A stretch of DNA of 64,000 bases from a plasmid. The notes beneath the pieces were generated by a model. The model saw nothing but the letters and a program-made list of their open reading frames with translations. It made no database searches and was not told where the DNA came from. The stretch is taken from sequence record NZ_CP069608.1, one strand, 5' to 3'. The translations under genes were made by a program, and so were the position numbers. Position 1 is the first letter of the stretch; each line of letters begins with the position of its first letter. Shown here one piece after another: positions 40,633 to 51,529 of the stretch.

Positions 40633-42987
40633 GGTGCGACAAGAAGTCGCTTTCTTACAGTGTAGCTGACGCTACTCATCTAGACGCAAAGATGATCTCC
40701 ATCCGAAACGGCATGCTTGGTAACGAGTCTGTCGGTTGCATGAGGAAATGCGGAAACAGAGGACAAATGCATGGTTCAGAATACTGCTAGGAGAAGATAG
40801 GTATGGTAAACGAAAGTGAAGGTTTGTAAGCTTCGTAACTCTTAGCTCAAGATAATGCATGGACTAGCTTGGGTCTTGGTAAGAGGAAAAGTAGAATCAT
40901 AATGCTACTCTGGTGCGTCCCGCATCTTACCCGGAGTAAAGAACCTACCTACCCCTATCGTATCTGTGGAATGTGGAACTTGGTAAGCCCTATGTCATCT
41001 GTGTAAGCAGTAGGATGACTGCAAAGTCAAACAATGTGACAGAGGGTATGGGATATGAGAAAAAGCGAAAGCCGTTACCCTGAAAAGGGACAGGAAAGCA
41101 AGGAAATTGTATAACTGGACGGATACTGTCGTCTTCACAGATAATGACAGGCTCGAAAGAGCGCCTACTTCTCATGGGTCTTCAACACGAAAATAAATTT
41201 GTGGCTATCTTCTAACGAAAAGGAGCGTGCTGTTATGAATACCTCACTACGAGCGTCGACGCACGTCTCGCATAAAGGTTGGTACTCTATTGATTGGAAT
41301 ACTGTACAAAAATATGTAACGAAGTTACGACAAAGAATTTATCGTGCCGAACAACAGAATCAACGAAGAAGAGTAAGAAGACTTCAACGTTTACTCCTCC
41401 GGAGTAAAGCAAATTTACTACTCTCCATTCGCAGAGTGACGCAACAAAATAACGGTAAACGAACACCTGGTGTAGATGGCTATACTGCCTCACAACCAAA
41501 CGAACGTATCAAACTGTACCAACAACTACTAAAATGGAATGTTTTTCAGCATCGTCCAAAGCCAGCGAAACGAACGTTTATCGCTAAGAAAAATGGGAAG
41601 TTAAGACCCTTAGGTATTCCGACAATACGAGATCGAGTTTATCAAAATGTCGTCAAGAACGCATTAGAACCGCAATGGGAAGTTAAGTTCGAAGCCACTT
41701 CTTACGGTTTTCGTCCTAAAAGAAGCACACATGATGCCATAAGCAATCTCTTTAACAAGTTGAACACGAATAGTAAGAAGAAGTGGGTATTTGAAGGAGA
41801 CTTCTTAGGGTGTTTCGACCATCTTAACCATAAGTGGATAATAGAACAAACATCTGCGTTTTCAGGAAATAATCTCATTAGAAGATGGCTTGAAATGGGA
41901 TACATGGAGCAGGATATGCTTCATAAAACAGCAGAGGGAACTCCTCAGGGAAGTATCGTGTCTCCTCTTTTAGCCAACATCGCATTATGTGGAATGGAAG
42001 AAGAAATCGGTATTGTTTACAAAAAGACATACAAACCAGGATCAGGATATAAAATCGATCCTAAATGCAAGATAGGACGTGTTCTTTACGCAGATGACTT
42101 CGTCATCGTAACGGAAACGAAGGAACAAGCTGAAAGTATGTATCAGGAACTCAATCCTTACTTACAAAAGCGAGGAATTAAATTGAGTGAAGATAAAACC
42201 AAAGTCACACATATCGAGAGTGGTTTTGATTTCCTTGGTTTTTCACTCCGACAATACAAAACGGAACAAGGCAATAAGTTATTAATCAAACCCATTAAAG
42301 ACAGTATCAGAAAAGCAAAAAGCAAGATAAAAGATACGTTCGCAGTGATGCGAGGACGACCAGTAAAAGAAATTATACGTGTCCTAAACCCCATTATTCG
42401 AGGTTATGGACAGTATTGGAAACATGTCGTGTCGAAAAAGACGTTTGGTTATATAGACAACTACATTTTCTTGAAAATAATGAAACACCTTAGACAATTG
42501 CATCCAAGGAAGTCTTGGAAGTGGATTAATAAGCGCTATTTTAAGAAACCCCACCACGGTGGAAACAATAAATGGATTCTAACATGTCCACTTACTAATA
42601 TTCAATTGTTGAAGATGTCTTGGATTAAAATAGAACGACATGTCATGGTAGCCTACAAGAACAGCCCAGATGATCCGAATCTAAAAGATTATTGGGAAAA
42701 GCGAGACCGTAAGGTCTTTAATACCGAAAATACTTTAGATAGGATGAAACTCGCAAGAAAACAAGGATATCGTTGTGCACTGTGTAAATGCATTCTACAA
42801 AATGGAGAAAAAGTTACAGTGCGAAACCTCGAGGTTTCTACAGGTAAATTTGCTAAATTAGTACATGTACCGTGTATTAAATAAAGAAGTTGTTCGGATA
42901 AAAAGAAGGCTTGAGCCGTATGACGGGAAATCTGTCACGTACGGTTCTTAGGGGGGCGGGCGCTCGTGAGAGTGCCTGCCTACCCGA
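40633..42987 (+). mobile_element. Group II intron (5' GTGCG; domain V at 42912-42946; domain VI with bulged A; ends ...ac) carrying an intron-encoded protein in domain IV
   Basis: GUGCGAC 5' end ~565 nt upstream of the RT ORF; canonical DV hairpin GAGCCGUAUGACGGGAAAUCUGUCACGUACGGUUC. Confidence 0.8.
41199..42884 (+). CDS. Group II intron reverse transcriptase/maturase
   Basis: 561 aa; RT motifs including YADD; maturase X domain; C-terminal Cys-rich segment. Confidence 0.9.
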   Translation: MWLSSNEKERAVMNTSLRASTHVSHKGWYSIDWNTVQKYVTKLRQRIYRAEQQNQRRRVRRLQRLLLRSKANLLLSIRRVTQQNNGKRTPGVDGYTASQPNERIKLYQQLLKWNVFQHRPKPAKRTFIAKKNGKLRPLGIPTIRDRVYQNVVKNALEPQWEVKFEATSYGFRPKRSTHDAISNLFNKLNTNSKKKWVFEGDFLGCFDHLNHKWIIEQTSAFSGNNLIRRWLEMGYMEQDMLHKTAEGTPQGSIVSPLLANIALCGMEEEIGIVYKKTYKPGSGYKIDPKCKIGRVLYADDFVIVTETKEQAESMYQELNPYLQKRGIKLSEDKTKVTHIESGFDFLGFSLRQYKTEQGNKLLIKPIKDSIRKAKSKIKDTFAVMRGRPVKEIIRVLNPIIRGYGQYWKHVVSKKTFGYIDNYIFLKIMKHLRQLHPRKSWKWINKRYFKKPHHGGNNKWILTCPLTNIQLLKMSWIKIERHVMVAYKNSPDDPNLKDYWEKRDRKVFNTENTLDRMKLARKQGYRCALCKCILQNGEKVTVRNLEVSTGKFAKLVHVPCIK

Positions 42988-43144
42988 CTAAATAAAATGC
43001 AGATTACAAAAAAAACTCACCTTTTTTAGGTAAGCTTGAAAATGGAAAGGGAAATACCTGTGAAAATATACTTTATAGCATGTTTAACAATTAATTTATC
43101 ATCTAATAGTGAAAAAAGAATGAAAGGATAACTTACTTCATACA

Positions 43145-43235
43145 AAGAAGTAAATGTATAAACTAACTTATAAAAATTATAGTTTCACTATTTACTCTAA
43201 CTGACGACAAATATGGGCTTTTTCTACAAACTATT
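43145..43235 (-). repeat. Repeat family copy D (inverted orientation)
   Basis: Reverse complement reads ccatatttgtcgtcagttagagtaaatagtgaaactataatttttataagttagtttatacatttactt. Confidence 0.6.
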
Positions 43236-43790
43236 CAAATATTAAAGTGTTTATAAAGACAATGTTTTATCATTTACTTAAAGGTATGGATATCCCATTG
43301 ATTTTATTTTTGTGGTTTATATAATTACTCAATCTTTCTCTTTGACGGATATATTCTTCAAGGATAGCATTTTAGACTATAATTTCTATAAGTATAAATC
43401 TTAACTGTGATAGAGTAAAAGCATGAAAAAGACCATCTTAATCGATGGCCTCTTTCGTAAATTTATTGGTATACTTTTACGAACTCTAAAGTCGATTCTG
43501 TTTCAAAACGTTAAATGAAAAATCCGCAATTTTCAGGAAAAAGAACATCAAATATAAGTATTTAATATGCAGAGAAATGCTCTCTGAGGAAATTAACTTC
43601 TTTTTTAAATATGGACCCGATAATTCGATGCAAATTTCAGTGCAACTATAAAATGAGGCAATATTTGTTTTTTAATGCAGAAAAATCTTCTCTAGTGCAA
43701 TTGTCTTTTAGTTCTCATCTCATTTACATTACTTAGAGCAATATAAAAAAGGGACGCAGAATAATACTACGTCACTTTTAATTGCATCAT

Positions 43791-45464
43791 TTAGGTTTCC
43801 ATTATAATTGGTAAAATCATTGGTCTACGTCCTGTTTTATCAATTAAAAAGGGTTTTACATCATCTATCATTTTTCTTTTTATATCATTCCATTTAATTG
43901 CACCCGTGGATAACTGTGATAAAAGACTATCTTCTATAAGTTGCTCTAACTCCTGAAGAAGGTCCCCTGATTCCCTGATATATATAAATCCTCTTGTGAC
44001 AATTGCAGGTGGAGAAACTAACTTTTTCTCTTTTCGATTGATGGTCATACTAATAATGACAATACCTTCTTCAGATAACATTCTTCGGTCTCTTAAAACA
44101 ACTGTTCCAATATCCCCTATTCCACTTCCATCAACGTATACTGGGCTGGCCGGAATGTACCCTGCTTTTTTAGCACCTTGCGAGGATATTTCCAAGATAT
44201 CTCCATTATCTAAAACAAAACAATCCTTACTATGAACGCCACATTGGATGGCTAGTTTTGAATGTGCTTGAAGCATACGATACTCCCCATGAATGGGGAA
44301 AAAATACTTTGGGTTTAATAATCGTATCATTAGTTTTTGTTCTTCCTGCTTCCCATGTCCAGAAGTATGAATATCACTGATTTTATGATGAATAACATCT
44401 GCACCGGCACGATGTAACCGATCAATTACACGATTCACACTTATTGTATTGCCTGGAATAGGAGATGAAGAGAATACAATGGTGTCACCTGAAATAATTT
44501 GAATTTGACGGTGGCTACGATTAGCAATTCGGGATAAGGCAGCCATTGGTTCTCCTTGGCTTCCTGTACAAATAATTGTAATTTTGCCACCTGGGAACTT
44601 ATTGATATCATAAACGCTTATGAAAGTATCATCGGGTGCTACTATATATCCAAGCTTTCTTCCAATTTCAATTGTTTTTTCCATACTTCGTCCCACAATA
44701 GCCACTTTTCTTTTGTATTTTACAGAAGACTTGATTACTTGTTGAATACGATAAATATTCGAAGCGAATGAAGCAAAAATAATTCGGCCCTGGACAGCGT
44801 GGAAAATCTCTTCAATTGATTCTCCTACCTTTCGTTCTGACATAGAAAAGCCCGGAGATTCGCTATTGGTACTATCAGACAATAAGCACAAGACCCCTTC
44901 TCTCCCAATTTCAGCAATTTTATGAAGGTCTATTTCACCACCGTTAGGAGTTAAATCGAACTTAAAATCTCCTGTATGAACAATATTCCCTTCTGGCGTT
45001 GTGATGACAACGCCAAATGAGTCTGCAATGCTGTGTGTTGTACGGAAGAAACGCACTTTTATTTTTTCGAATTCGACAATAGTATCGCTATCTATAGATG
45101 TAAAGGAAATACCACGTATTCTATGCTCTTCTATCTTGCTTTTTATTAATTCTATAGACAAATCCCCTCCAAAAACAGGTGCCTTTACGTCCCGAAATAA
45201 GAAAGGAAGCCCTCCTATGTGATCTTCATGCCCATGAGTAATAAAAATCCCCTTTATTTTTTCTTTATTCTGCTTAAGGTACGTGTAATCTGATAACACA
45301 TAGTCAATGCCGAATAACTCATTGTCAGGAAATTTAATTCCGCAATCAATAAGGACTATTTCATCCTCATATTCCACTACATACGTGTTTTTACCAATTT
45401 CGCCGAGTCCCCCTAAAGCGAAAATTCTTACGCTGCTTTGTTTAAATTGACTCATCATTCTCAC
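43791..45464 (-). CDS. rnj: Ribonuclease J (metallo-beta-lactamase/beta-CASP family)
   Basis: 557 aa; HGHEDHIGG motif. Confidence 0.9.
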   Translation of the reverse strand: MRMMSQFKQSSVRIFALGGLGEIGKNTYVVEYEDEIVLIDCGIKFPDNELFGIDYVLSDYTYLKQNKEKIKGIFITHGHEDHIGGLPFLFRDVKAPVFGGDLSIELIKSKIEEHRIRGISFTSIDSDTIVEFEKIKVRFFRTTHSIADSFGVVITTPEGNIVHTGDFKFDLTPNGGEIDLHKIAEIGREGVLCLLSDSTNSESPGFSMSERKVGESIEEIFHAVQGRIIFASFASNIYRIQQVIKSSVKYKRKVAIVGRSMEKTIEIGRKLGYIVAPDDTFISVYDINKFPGGKITIICTGSQGEPMAALSRIANRSHRQIQIISGDTIVFSSSPIPGNTISVNRVIDRLHRAGADVIHHKISDIHTSGHGKQEEQKLMIRLLNPKYFFPIHGEYRMLQAHSKLAIQCGVHSKDCFVLDNGDILEISSQGAKKAGYIPASPVYVDGSGIGDIGTVVLRDRRMLSEEGIVIISMTINRKEKKLVSPPAIVTRGFIYIRESGDLLQELEQLIEDSLLSQLSTGAIKWNDIKRKMIDDVKPFLIDKTGRRPMILPIIMET

Positions 45465-45587
45465 TCCTCTTCTCTATTTATTAAAAATCAAACTTTTTTA
45501 TTTAATAAGTACCTATAAATCTTGTACGTTTTATCTATTTTCTATATTAATCTACATTAATGAAATAGCTTCAGGTGCAGCTGCTTC

Positions 45588-46883
45588 TTAAACCTCATTC
45601 ATGATGTAGTTTTGTTTTAAAGGTTTTTTGGCAAAAATCGCACAAATTAATCCCATTATAGGAAAGATAGTTAAAAGAAGAAGGATCATTGTATAACTAT
45701 GGAATAGATCGAACCCTACCCCTAATGGTAATGGACCTAGAGCTGAACCAATTACCATCACGGCCATTGCAATTCCGTTGATGCTTCCTATATAACGACG
45801 CCCAAAATAATTGGACCAAACAATATTTAAGGTAATTCGTTCTAAACCATTTGCTATTCCCCAAACAATTCCAAAAACAATTGCTATTGTTATTCCTTTT
45901 GTTACTAGCAGAAGAAGTAAAAAAACAATTTCAATGATAAAAACCAAACCTAATAAGAGATTTGTTTTAACCTTTTCTAAAATAAATCCAGATGCAAAAG
46001 ATACAGGAAATCCAAATACAGCCATTAAACTAAGGACAGTTGCTGCTATATGAGGAGAGAGGTGATTTTGTCCAAATATAGACAGAAGATGAAAGGTAAC
46101 TCCTGTATTCACCATTGCTGGAATGCCAACACATATAAGCAATAACCAGAACGCCTTCGTTCTCATAGCTTGTTTTAATGTCCAATCCTCTTCTTCAGGA
46201 AGCACTGGCAATTTAACAGAGATATCCGTTTGTGTATGTACATCAGATTTCTCAAGACCATCTGGTAACAACCCCATATCTTCTGGGCGATTTCGAACGC
46301 CAAAGAAAGCAATAGGAACAAAGAAAAGAAGCAATACTGTTCCCCAGACCTTCCAAGTCACTTGCCAACTCCACATATCAATCATCCATGTATTAATAAT
46401 AGGAAATAATGCAGCACTTACAAAACTTCCTATAGCCATAAAACTCATGGCCCTTCCTCTTTTTAAAACAAACCACTGCGGCACTAATGTATTAGGAAGA
46501 AGTGTCATACTTCCTTGACCGAAGAGACGAATAAGAAAAAAGCCAATTGTAATCATCCAAATATTAGTGACAAAGCTATTAAATAGACAAGCAAGACTAA
46601 AAATAATCCCCACAATCACCATCATTTTTCGTTGCCCAAATTTATCAACGATTCTGCCCATAAAAATCATTAAGAGACCTGCACATAGTGTAGCAACAGA
46701 ATATATACTTGATATTTGAGATCGTGACCACCCGAAATCTTTAATATATTGATCAATAAAAACTGAATTAGAATAGGTTTGGCCGGGTCCTGATAAAAAT
46801 ACCCCTAAAGCTGAAATAAACACAATAACCCATCCATAATAAAATGACGCTTGTTTTTCCTTTATCAATTTCCTCATCCCCAT
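45588..46883 (-). CDS. MFS transporter
   Basis: 431 aa, 12 TM. Confidence 0.75.
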   Translation of the reverse strand: MGMRKLIKEKQASFYYGWVIVFISALGVFLSGPGQTYSNSVFIDQYIKDFGWSRSQISSIYSVATLCAGLLMIFMGRIVDKFGQRKMMVIVGIIFSLACLFNSFVTNIWMITIGFFLIRLFGQGSMTLLPNTLVPQWFVLKRGRAMSFMAIGSFVSAALFPIINTWMIDMWSWQVTWKVWGTVLLLFFVPIAFFGVRNRPEDMGLLPDGLEKSDVHTQTDISVKLPVLPEEEDWTLKQAMRTKAFWLLLICVGIPAMVNTGVTFHLLSIFGQNHLSPHIAATVLSLMAVFGFPVSFASGFILEKVKTNLLLGLVFIIEIVFLLLLLVTKGITIAIVFGIVWGIANGLERITLNIVWSNYFGRRYIGSINGIAMAVMVIGSALGPLPLGVGFDLFHSYTMILLLLTIFPIMGLICAIFAKKPLKQNYIMNEV

Positions 46884-46952
46884 TTATATAGTAAAAAGAA
46901 AAGCCGACTTCTCTTATAGTAAGAAAAACCGGCTCTTCTACACACTTATTGT

Positions 46953-47360
46953 TTATTTAATAATCATGACAGGACAATGTACTCTTTTAGCTACTTTATG
47001 GCTGACACTGCCTAATACCATTTCTTGAAGAGAATTTAAGCCACGGCTCCCTATTACAACAAGATCAAATTCGTTCTTATTTGCATACGATACAATGGTT
47101 GGACCTGGTTCGCCACGTTCTAGTTTAATCTCATGCGTTACCTGTTCTTTTTCGAAGTAACTCTTTATTTCTTCTAGAGCCTGTTGTCTTTTTTGTTTTA
47201 ATTCTCCATGTAGAACTTCTGTTTTCACTTTTGATAGGTCAATAACAGAAATGATTTCTACTTTCGCTTGTGGTATTAACGAAGCCAACTTTATAGCATG
47301 CTTCGCGGCTCTTTTCGAGTGTTCGGATCCATCTACAGCTAATAAGATTTTTTTATACAT
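46953..47360 (-). CDS. Universal stress protein UspA family (paralog 1)
   Basis: MYKKILLAVDGSEHSKRAAKHAI...VIGSRGLNSLQEMVLGSVSHKV; ORF track start is 18 nt earlier. Confidence 0.85.
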   Translation of the reverse strand: MYKKILLAVDGSEHSKRAAKHAIKLASLIPQAKVEIISVIDLSKVKTEVLHGELKQKRQQALEEIKSYFEKEQVTHEIKLERGEPGPTIVSYANKNEFDLVVIGSRGLNSLQEMVLGSVSHKVAKRVHCPVMIIK

Positions 47361-47374
47361 ACATTGTCCCCCTA

Positions 47375-48841
47375 TCAATGATTTGATGGTTTTGCATTCG
47401 GTTTATTATAAGTGGCTAGTTTTTGAACTAGCTCATCACTTACATCATTTAAACCAGTTAACTTTACGTCAGCAGACGTTTGTTCTTTTAACTTCAATAC
47501 GACTTTATCAATTGCTGCTACAGCTGAATCATCCCAAATATGAGCTTCTGAAAAATCGATTAGAATAAGATCCTGCTTTCCTTTAAATGTAAAAGAATTT
47601 ACAAAATCTTGTACAGATGCAAAGAATAACTGACCTTTTACATTGTAGACTGTTCGATGTTCTGACTCTTTTGATGAAACTTCTAATTTTGAGATTTTAG
47701 CTGCAAAGAAAATGGCACTTAAAATAACACCAGCAATTACCCCTTTTGATAAATCGTGTGTTGCTACAACAGTAATAACTGTAACAAGCATAACCACTGT
47801 ATCTGTTAAAGGTACCTTTGTTAAGGTACGAAGTGAAGACCAGTCAAATGTACCAATGGATACCATAATCATGACACCTGCTAAAGCTGCCATTGGGATC
47901 TTCACAACCCAATCTCCAAGTACCAAGATGAGAAACATTAAGAACACACCAGCTACGAACGTTGATAAACGTCCTCGTCCACCAGATTTTACATTAATAA
48001 CAGTTTGACCAATCATCGCGCAACCAGCCATTCCACCAAAGAAACCAGCAACAATATTTGCAATCCCTTGTCCTCTGCTTTCTTTGTTCTTATTACTTGG
48101 TGTATCTGTCATATCATCGACGATCGTTGCTGTTAACAGAGACTCTGTTAACCCTACGATTGATAAGCCTAATGCTGTAGGAAAGATAATTGATAATGTT
48201 TCCATATTTAACGGAACATCAGGAATTGAGAACATTGGTAAAGATTTTGTGATTTCTCCCAAGTCACCAACTGTACGAAGGTCAAATCCTCCAAAGATTG
48301 CTGCAACAGTCATGACGATAATTGCAATAAGTGGAGAAGGTACAGCTTTAGTAAGGCGTGGTAAACCATAAATGATAACTAGTGTGATGGCAACAAATAG
48401 ATATGTCATAGTAGAAATCCCTACAAAGTGGGGAACTTGTGCCATAAAAATCATAATAGCTAATGCATTTACGAATCCTACCATCACGGAGCGTGGAATA
48501 AATTTCATAAAACGAGCAATTTTAAATATACCGAAGATTAATTGGATAATACCTGTTAAAATGGTAGTAGCAAATAAATACTGAATTCCATGATCCTTTA
48601 CTAGAGTGACCATGAGTAATGCCATGGCTCCAGTAGCAGCTGAGATCATTGCTGGTCGGCCTCCTACAAAAGCCATAACAACCGCAATACAAAATGATGC
48701 ATATAATCCCACCATAGGATCAACACCTGCGATAATGGAAAAGGCAATTGCTTCCGGAATAAGTGCAAGGGCAACGACGATACCAGCAAGAATGTCGCCT
48801 TTTACATTCCCGAACCATTCAACCTTTAATTTGTTTAACAT
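47375..48841 (-). CDS. SulP family anion transporter with C-terminal STAS domain (paralog 1)
   Basis: ~488 aa from [12 protein letters not shown]; SulP TM core + STAS domain. Confidence 0.85.
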   Translation of the reverse strand: MLNKLKVEWFGNVKGDILAGIVVALALIPEAIAFSIIAGVDPMVGLYASFCIAVVMAFVGGRPAMISAATGAMALLMVTLVKDHGIQYLFATTILTGIIQLIFGIFKIARFMKFIPRSVMVGFVNALAIMIFMAQVPHFVGISTMTYLFVAITLVIIYGLPRLTKAVPSPLIAIIVMTVAAIFGGFDLRTVGDLGEITKSLPMFSIPDVPLNMETLSIIFPTALGLSIVGLTESLLTATIVDDMTDTPSNKNKESRGQGIANIVAGFFGGMAGCAMIGQTVINVKSGGRGRLSTFVAGVFLMFLILVLGDWVVKIPMAALAGVMIMVSIGTFDWSSLRTLTKVPLTDTVVMLVTVITVVATHDLSKGVIAGVILSAIFFAAKISKLEVSSKESEHRTVYNVKGQLFFASVQDFVNSFTFKGKQDLILIDFSEAHIWDDSAVAAIDKVVLKLKEQTSADVKLTGLNDVSDELVQKLATYNKPNAKPSNH

Positions 48842-48955
48842 AATGACCAAAAACACCTCTCTATTTATATTCATAAACTTCTAATACGTATTGAAGTAAA
48901 TTCACTGTTAACATATAAAACTTTAGCAGAGGAAATTTGAAAAGTCTACAATTTT

Positions 48956-48989
48956 TTGTACCGAAAAAGTTCGTTTTTGGTACAAAACT
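48956..48989. promoter_or_regulatory. Imperfect 34 bp palindrome TTTTGTACC-N16-GGTACAAAA in the promoter of sulP paralog 1
   Basis: Read directly; conserved in the paralog 2 promoter (51397-51430). Confidence 0.4.
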
Positions 48990-49154
48990 GCTTACAGCTG
49001 GGTTTGAGCACGATTTATTTTTTTACAACAGAAGCTTTAGGGCCAAAAGAACGGTATAAAAAAAGTAAACTGTTTGTTATAGACAGCTTACTTTTTATTA
49101 TTTTCTATATGATTGAACCCATTCAAATATTAATTACATAATTTCTGTAAAGAA

Positions 49155-49361
49155 TTAATTAATCGAAGAAGTAAGGTCTTGGATTTTTTGATCATCTAAA
49201 TGGAAAGCAGATTTAATTTTATTCTCAAGATTTTCTGTTATCCTTCTTTTTCCAACCTCAACTAATGCGATCAATGAAAAGCTACAATTAACAGCTTCAG
49301 CAAAGTTTCTCTGATTCATGTTATAGCTTTTTCTAATTAATTTAATTGTTTCTTTATCCAT
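49155..49361 (-). CDS. XRE family HTH regulator
   Basis: 68 aa; HTH_3-like NMNQRNFAEAVNCSFSLIALVEVGKR. Confidence 0.6.
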   Translation of the reverse strand: MDKETIKLIRKSYNMNQRNFAEAVNCSFSLIALVEVGKRRITENLENKIKSAFHLDDQKIQDLTSSIN

Positions 49362-49394
49362 TTATCAACACTCCAACTATAAAACAATTTCTTA

Positions 49395-49802
49395 TTATTT
49401 AATAATTAGTACTGGACATTCTGCTCTTTTAGCAACCTTATGGCTGACACTTCCTAACACCATTTCTTGTAATGGGTTTAAACCTCTACTTCCAATAACG
49501 AGAAGGTCAAATACTTCCTTATTCGCGTATTCAACGATTGTAGGCCCTGTTTCACCACGTTCAATTTTCATTTCATAAGAAATGTTCCCTTTTTGAAAAA
49601 GCTCTTCTACCTCAGATAATATTTTTTGTCTTTCTTCTTTTAGCTCTTCATGTAAAACTTCTGTCTTGGCTTGCGAGTAACCAATGACATTAATTATTTG
49701 GATTGTGGAATCTTTCACAAGCAAAGCCAATTCGATTGCGTGCTTTGCTGCTCTTTTCGAGTGTTCCGACCCATCTACAGCTAATAATATTTTTCGATAC
49801 AT
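49395..49802 (-). CDS. Universal stress protein UspA family (paralog 2)
   Basis: 135 aa; close paralog of 46953..47360. Confidence 0.85.
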   Translation of the reverse strand: MYRKILLAVDGSEHSKRAAKHAIELALLVKDSTIQIINVIGYSQAKTEVLHEELKEERQKILSEVEELFQKGNISYEMKIERGETGPTIVEYANKEVFDLLVIGSRGLNPLQEMVLGSVSHKVAKRAECPVLIIK

Positions 49803-49817
49803 CGATTATTCCCCCTA

Positions 49818-51290
49818 TTAATGAGCAGATGATTTGGCATTTGGCTTATCGTATGTCGCCAATTTTTGAACTAATTGATCACTTACTTCATTCAAGCCAG
49901 TTAATTTCACATCAGCAGATGTCTGTTCTTTTAGTTTTAAGACAACCTTATCAATCGCTGCTACGGCTGAATCATCCCAAATGTGGGCTTCTGAAAAATC
50001 AATGAGAACGAGCTCTCTTTTTCCGTTTAGTGAGAAGGAACTTACAAAGTCCTGTACAGATGCAAAGAACAACTGTCCTTTTACTACATAAACTGTTCGA
50101 TGCTCTGTTTCATTGGTAGAAACCTCAACATCTACTTTTGAAATTTTAGATGCGAAGAAAATTGCGCTTAGTATAACACCAGCAATTACTCCTTTTGATA
50201 AATCATGAGTTGCTACAACCGTAATAACTGTTACTAACATAACTACCGTGTCTGATAGTGGAACTTTTCTTAATGTACGAAGTGAAGACCAATCAAATGT
50301 GCCAATAGATACCATAATCATGATACCCACTAACGCAGCCATTGGAATTTTTATCACCCAATCACCCAATACTAAGATGAGAAACATTAGAAATACACCA
50401 GCTACTAAAGTTGACAAGCGACCTCGTCCACCAGATTTTACATTGATAACCGATTGACCAATCATGGCACATCCAGCCATTCCGCCAAAGAAACCAGTTA
50501 CAATGTTTGCAATCCCTTGCCCTCTACTTTCTTTGTTCTTATCACTTTCTGTGCTCGTCATATCATCTACAATAGAAGCTGTTAATAACGATTCTAGTAA
50601 GCCGACGATAGATAAAGCTAAGGCTGTAGGAAAAATGATTGTTAAGGTCTCCATGTTTAAAGGAATATTAGGGATTGAAAAGATTGGTAAGGCCCTTGTA
50701 ATTTCTCCTAGATCACCTACTGTACGAAGATCAAACCCACCCCAAATTGCTGCAGCAGTCATCACTACAATTGCTACTAATGGAGCTGGCACAGCTTTTG
50801 TAAAACGTGGTAAGAGATAAACAATAACTAAAGTGATACCTACAAACACATAGGTCATGTTAGAAATACCAATAAAGTAAGGAACCTGAGCCATAAAGAT
50901 TAAAATGGCCAGCGCATTCACGAAACCTACCATGACCGATCGTGGAATAAATTTCATAAAGCGCGCAATCTTGAAGATTCCAAACAGTAATTGAATAATT
51001 CCTGTTAAAATGGTGGTAGCTAATAAATAATCTACTCCATGATCTTTCACTAAAGTCACCATAAGCAACGCCATGGCGCCAGTGGCACCAGAGATCATCG
51101 CTGGTCTCCCTCCTACAAACGATATGACAACCGCGATACAGAAGGATGCATAAAGTCCTACCATAGGATCAACACCTGCGATAATAGAAAAGGCAATTGC
51201 TTCTGGAATAAGTGCAAGAGCCACCACAATACCTGCCAGTACATCTCCTTTTACATTTCCAAACCATGCGCTATTTAATTTTTTTAACAT
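49818..51290 (-). CDS. SulP family anion transporter with STAS domain (paralog 2)
   Basis: 490 aa; close paralog of 47375..48841. Confidence 0.9.
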   Translation of the reverse strand: MLKKLNSAWFGNVKGDVLAGIVVALALIPEAIAFSIIAGVDPMVGLYASFCIAVVISFVGGRPAMISGATGAMALLMVTLVKDHGVDYLLATTILTGIIQLLFGIFKIARFMKFIPRSVMVGFVNALAILIFMAQVPYFIGISNMTYVFVGITLVIVYLLPRFTKAVPAPLVAIVVMTAAAIWGGFDLRTVGDLGEITRALPIFSIPNIPLNMETLTIIFPTALALSIVGLLESLLTASIVDDMTSTESDKNKESRGQGIANIVTGFFGGMAGCAMIGQSVINVKSGGRGRLSTLVAGVFLMFLILVLGDWVIKIPMAALVGIMIMVSIGTFDWSSLRTLRKVPLSDTVVMLVTVITVVATHDLSKGVIAGVILSAIFFASKISKVDVEVSTNETEHRTVYVVKGQLFFASVQDFVSSFSLNGKRELVLIDFSEAHIWDDSAVAAIDKVVLKLKEQTSADVKLTGLNEVSDQLVQKLATYDKPNAKSSAH

Positions 51291-51396
51291 ACTAACAAAA
51301 ACACCTCTCTAATTTTAGTAATGACTTCTAACTCTCATAGAAGTCGGGACGTTGTTAACAATTAAAACTCTAGCAGACATAAAATCAAAAGTCTAC

Positions 51397-51430
51397 AATT
51401 TTTTGTACCAAAAACGAACTTTTTTGGAAC
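51397..51430. promoter_or_regulatory. Conserved palindromic promoter element of sulP paralog 2 (TTTTGTACCaaaaacgaacttttttGGAAC)
   Basis: Aligns with 48956-48989. Confidence 0.35.
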
Positions 51431-51529
51431 TTTAGTAAATCATATGTTTTTTGAAAAAGAAAATGTTAACTTCTACAGGAATTTGTTACAATAAGAAAAT
51501 GTAAATAAAATTTCCTTACAGGAGATGGT

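Noticed and set aside
40905-40912. Second GTGCG pentamer that could mark an alternative group II intron 5' end
   Set aside because: It would leave only ~290 nt for domains I-III before the RT ORF. The 40633 site gives the expected ~565 nt.
47712-48884. Series of plus-strand ORFs (98, 95, 70, 92 aa) antisense to sulP paralog 1; similar ORFs at 50248-50820 are antisense to paralog 2
   Set aside because: They mirror each other only because the sense genes are duplicated. There is no RBS and no domain signal.
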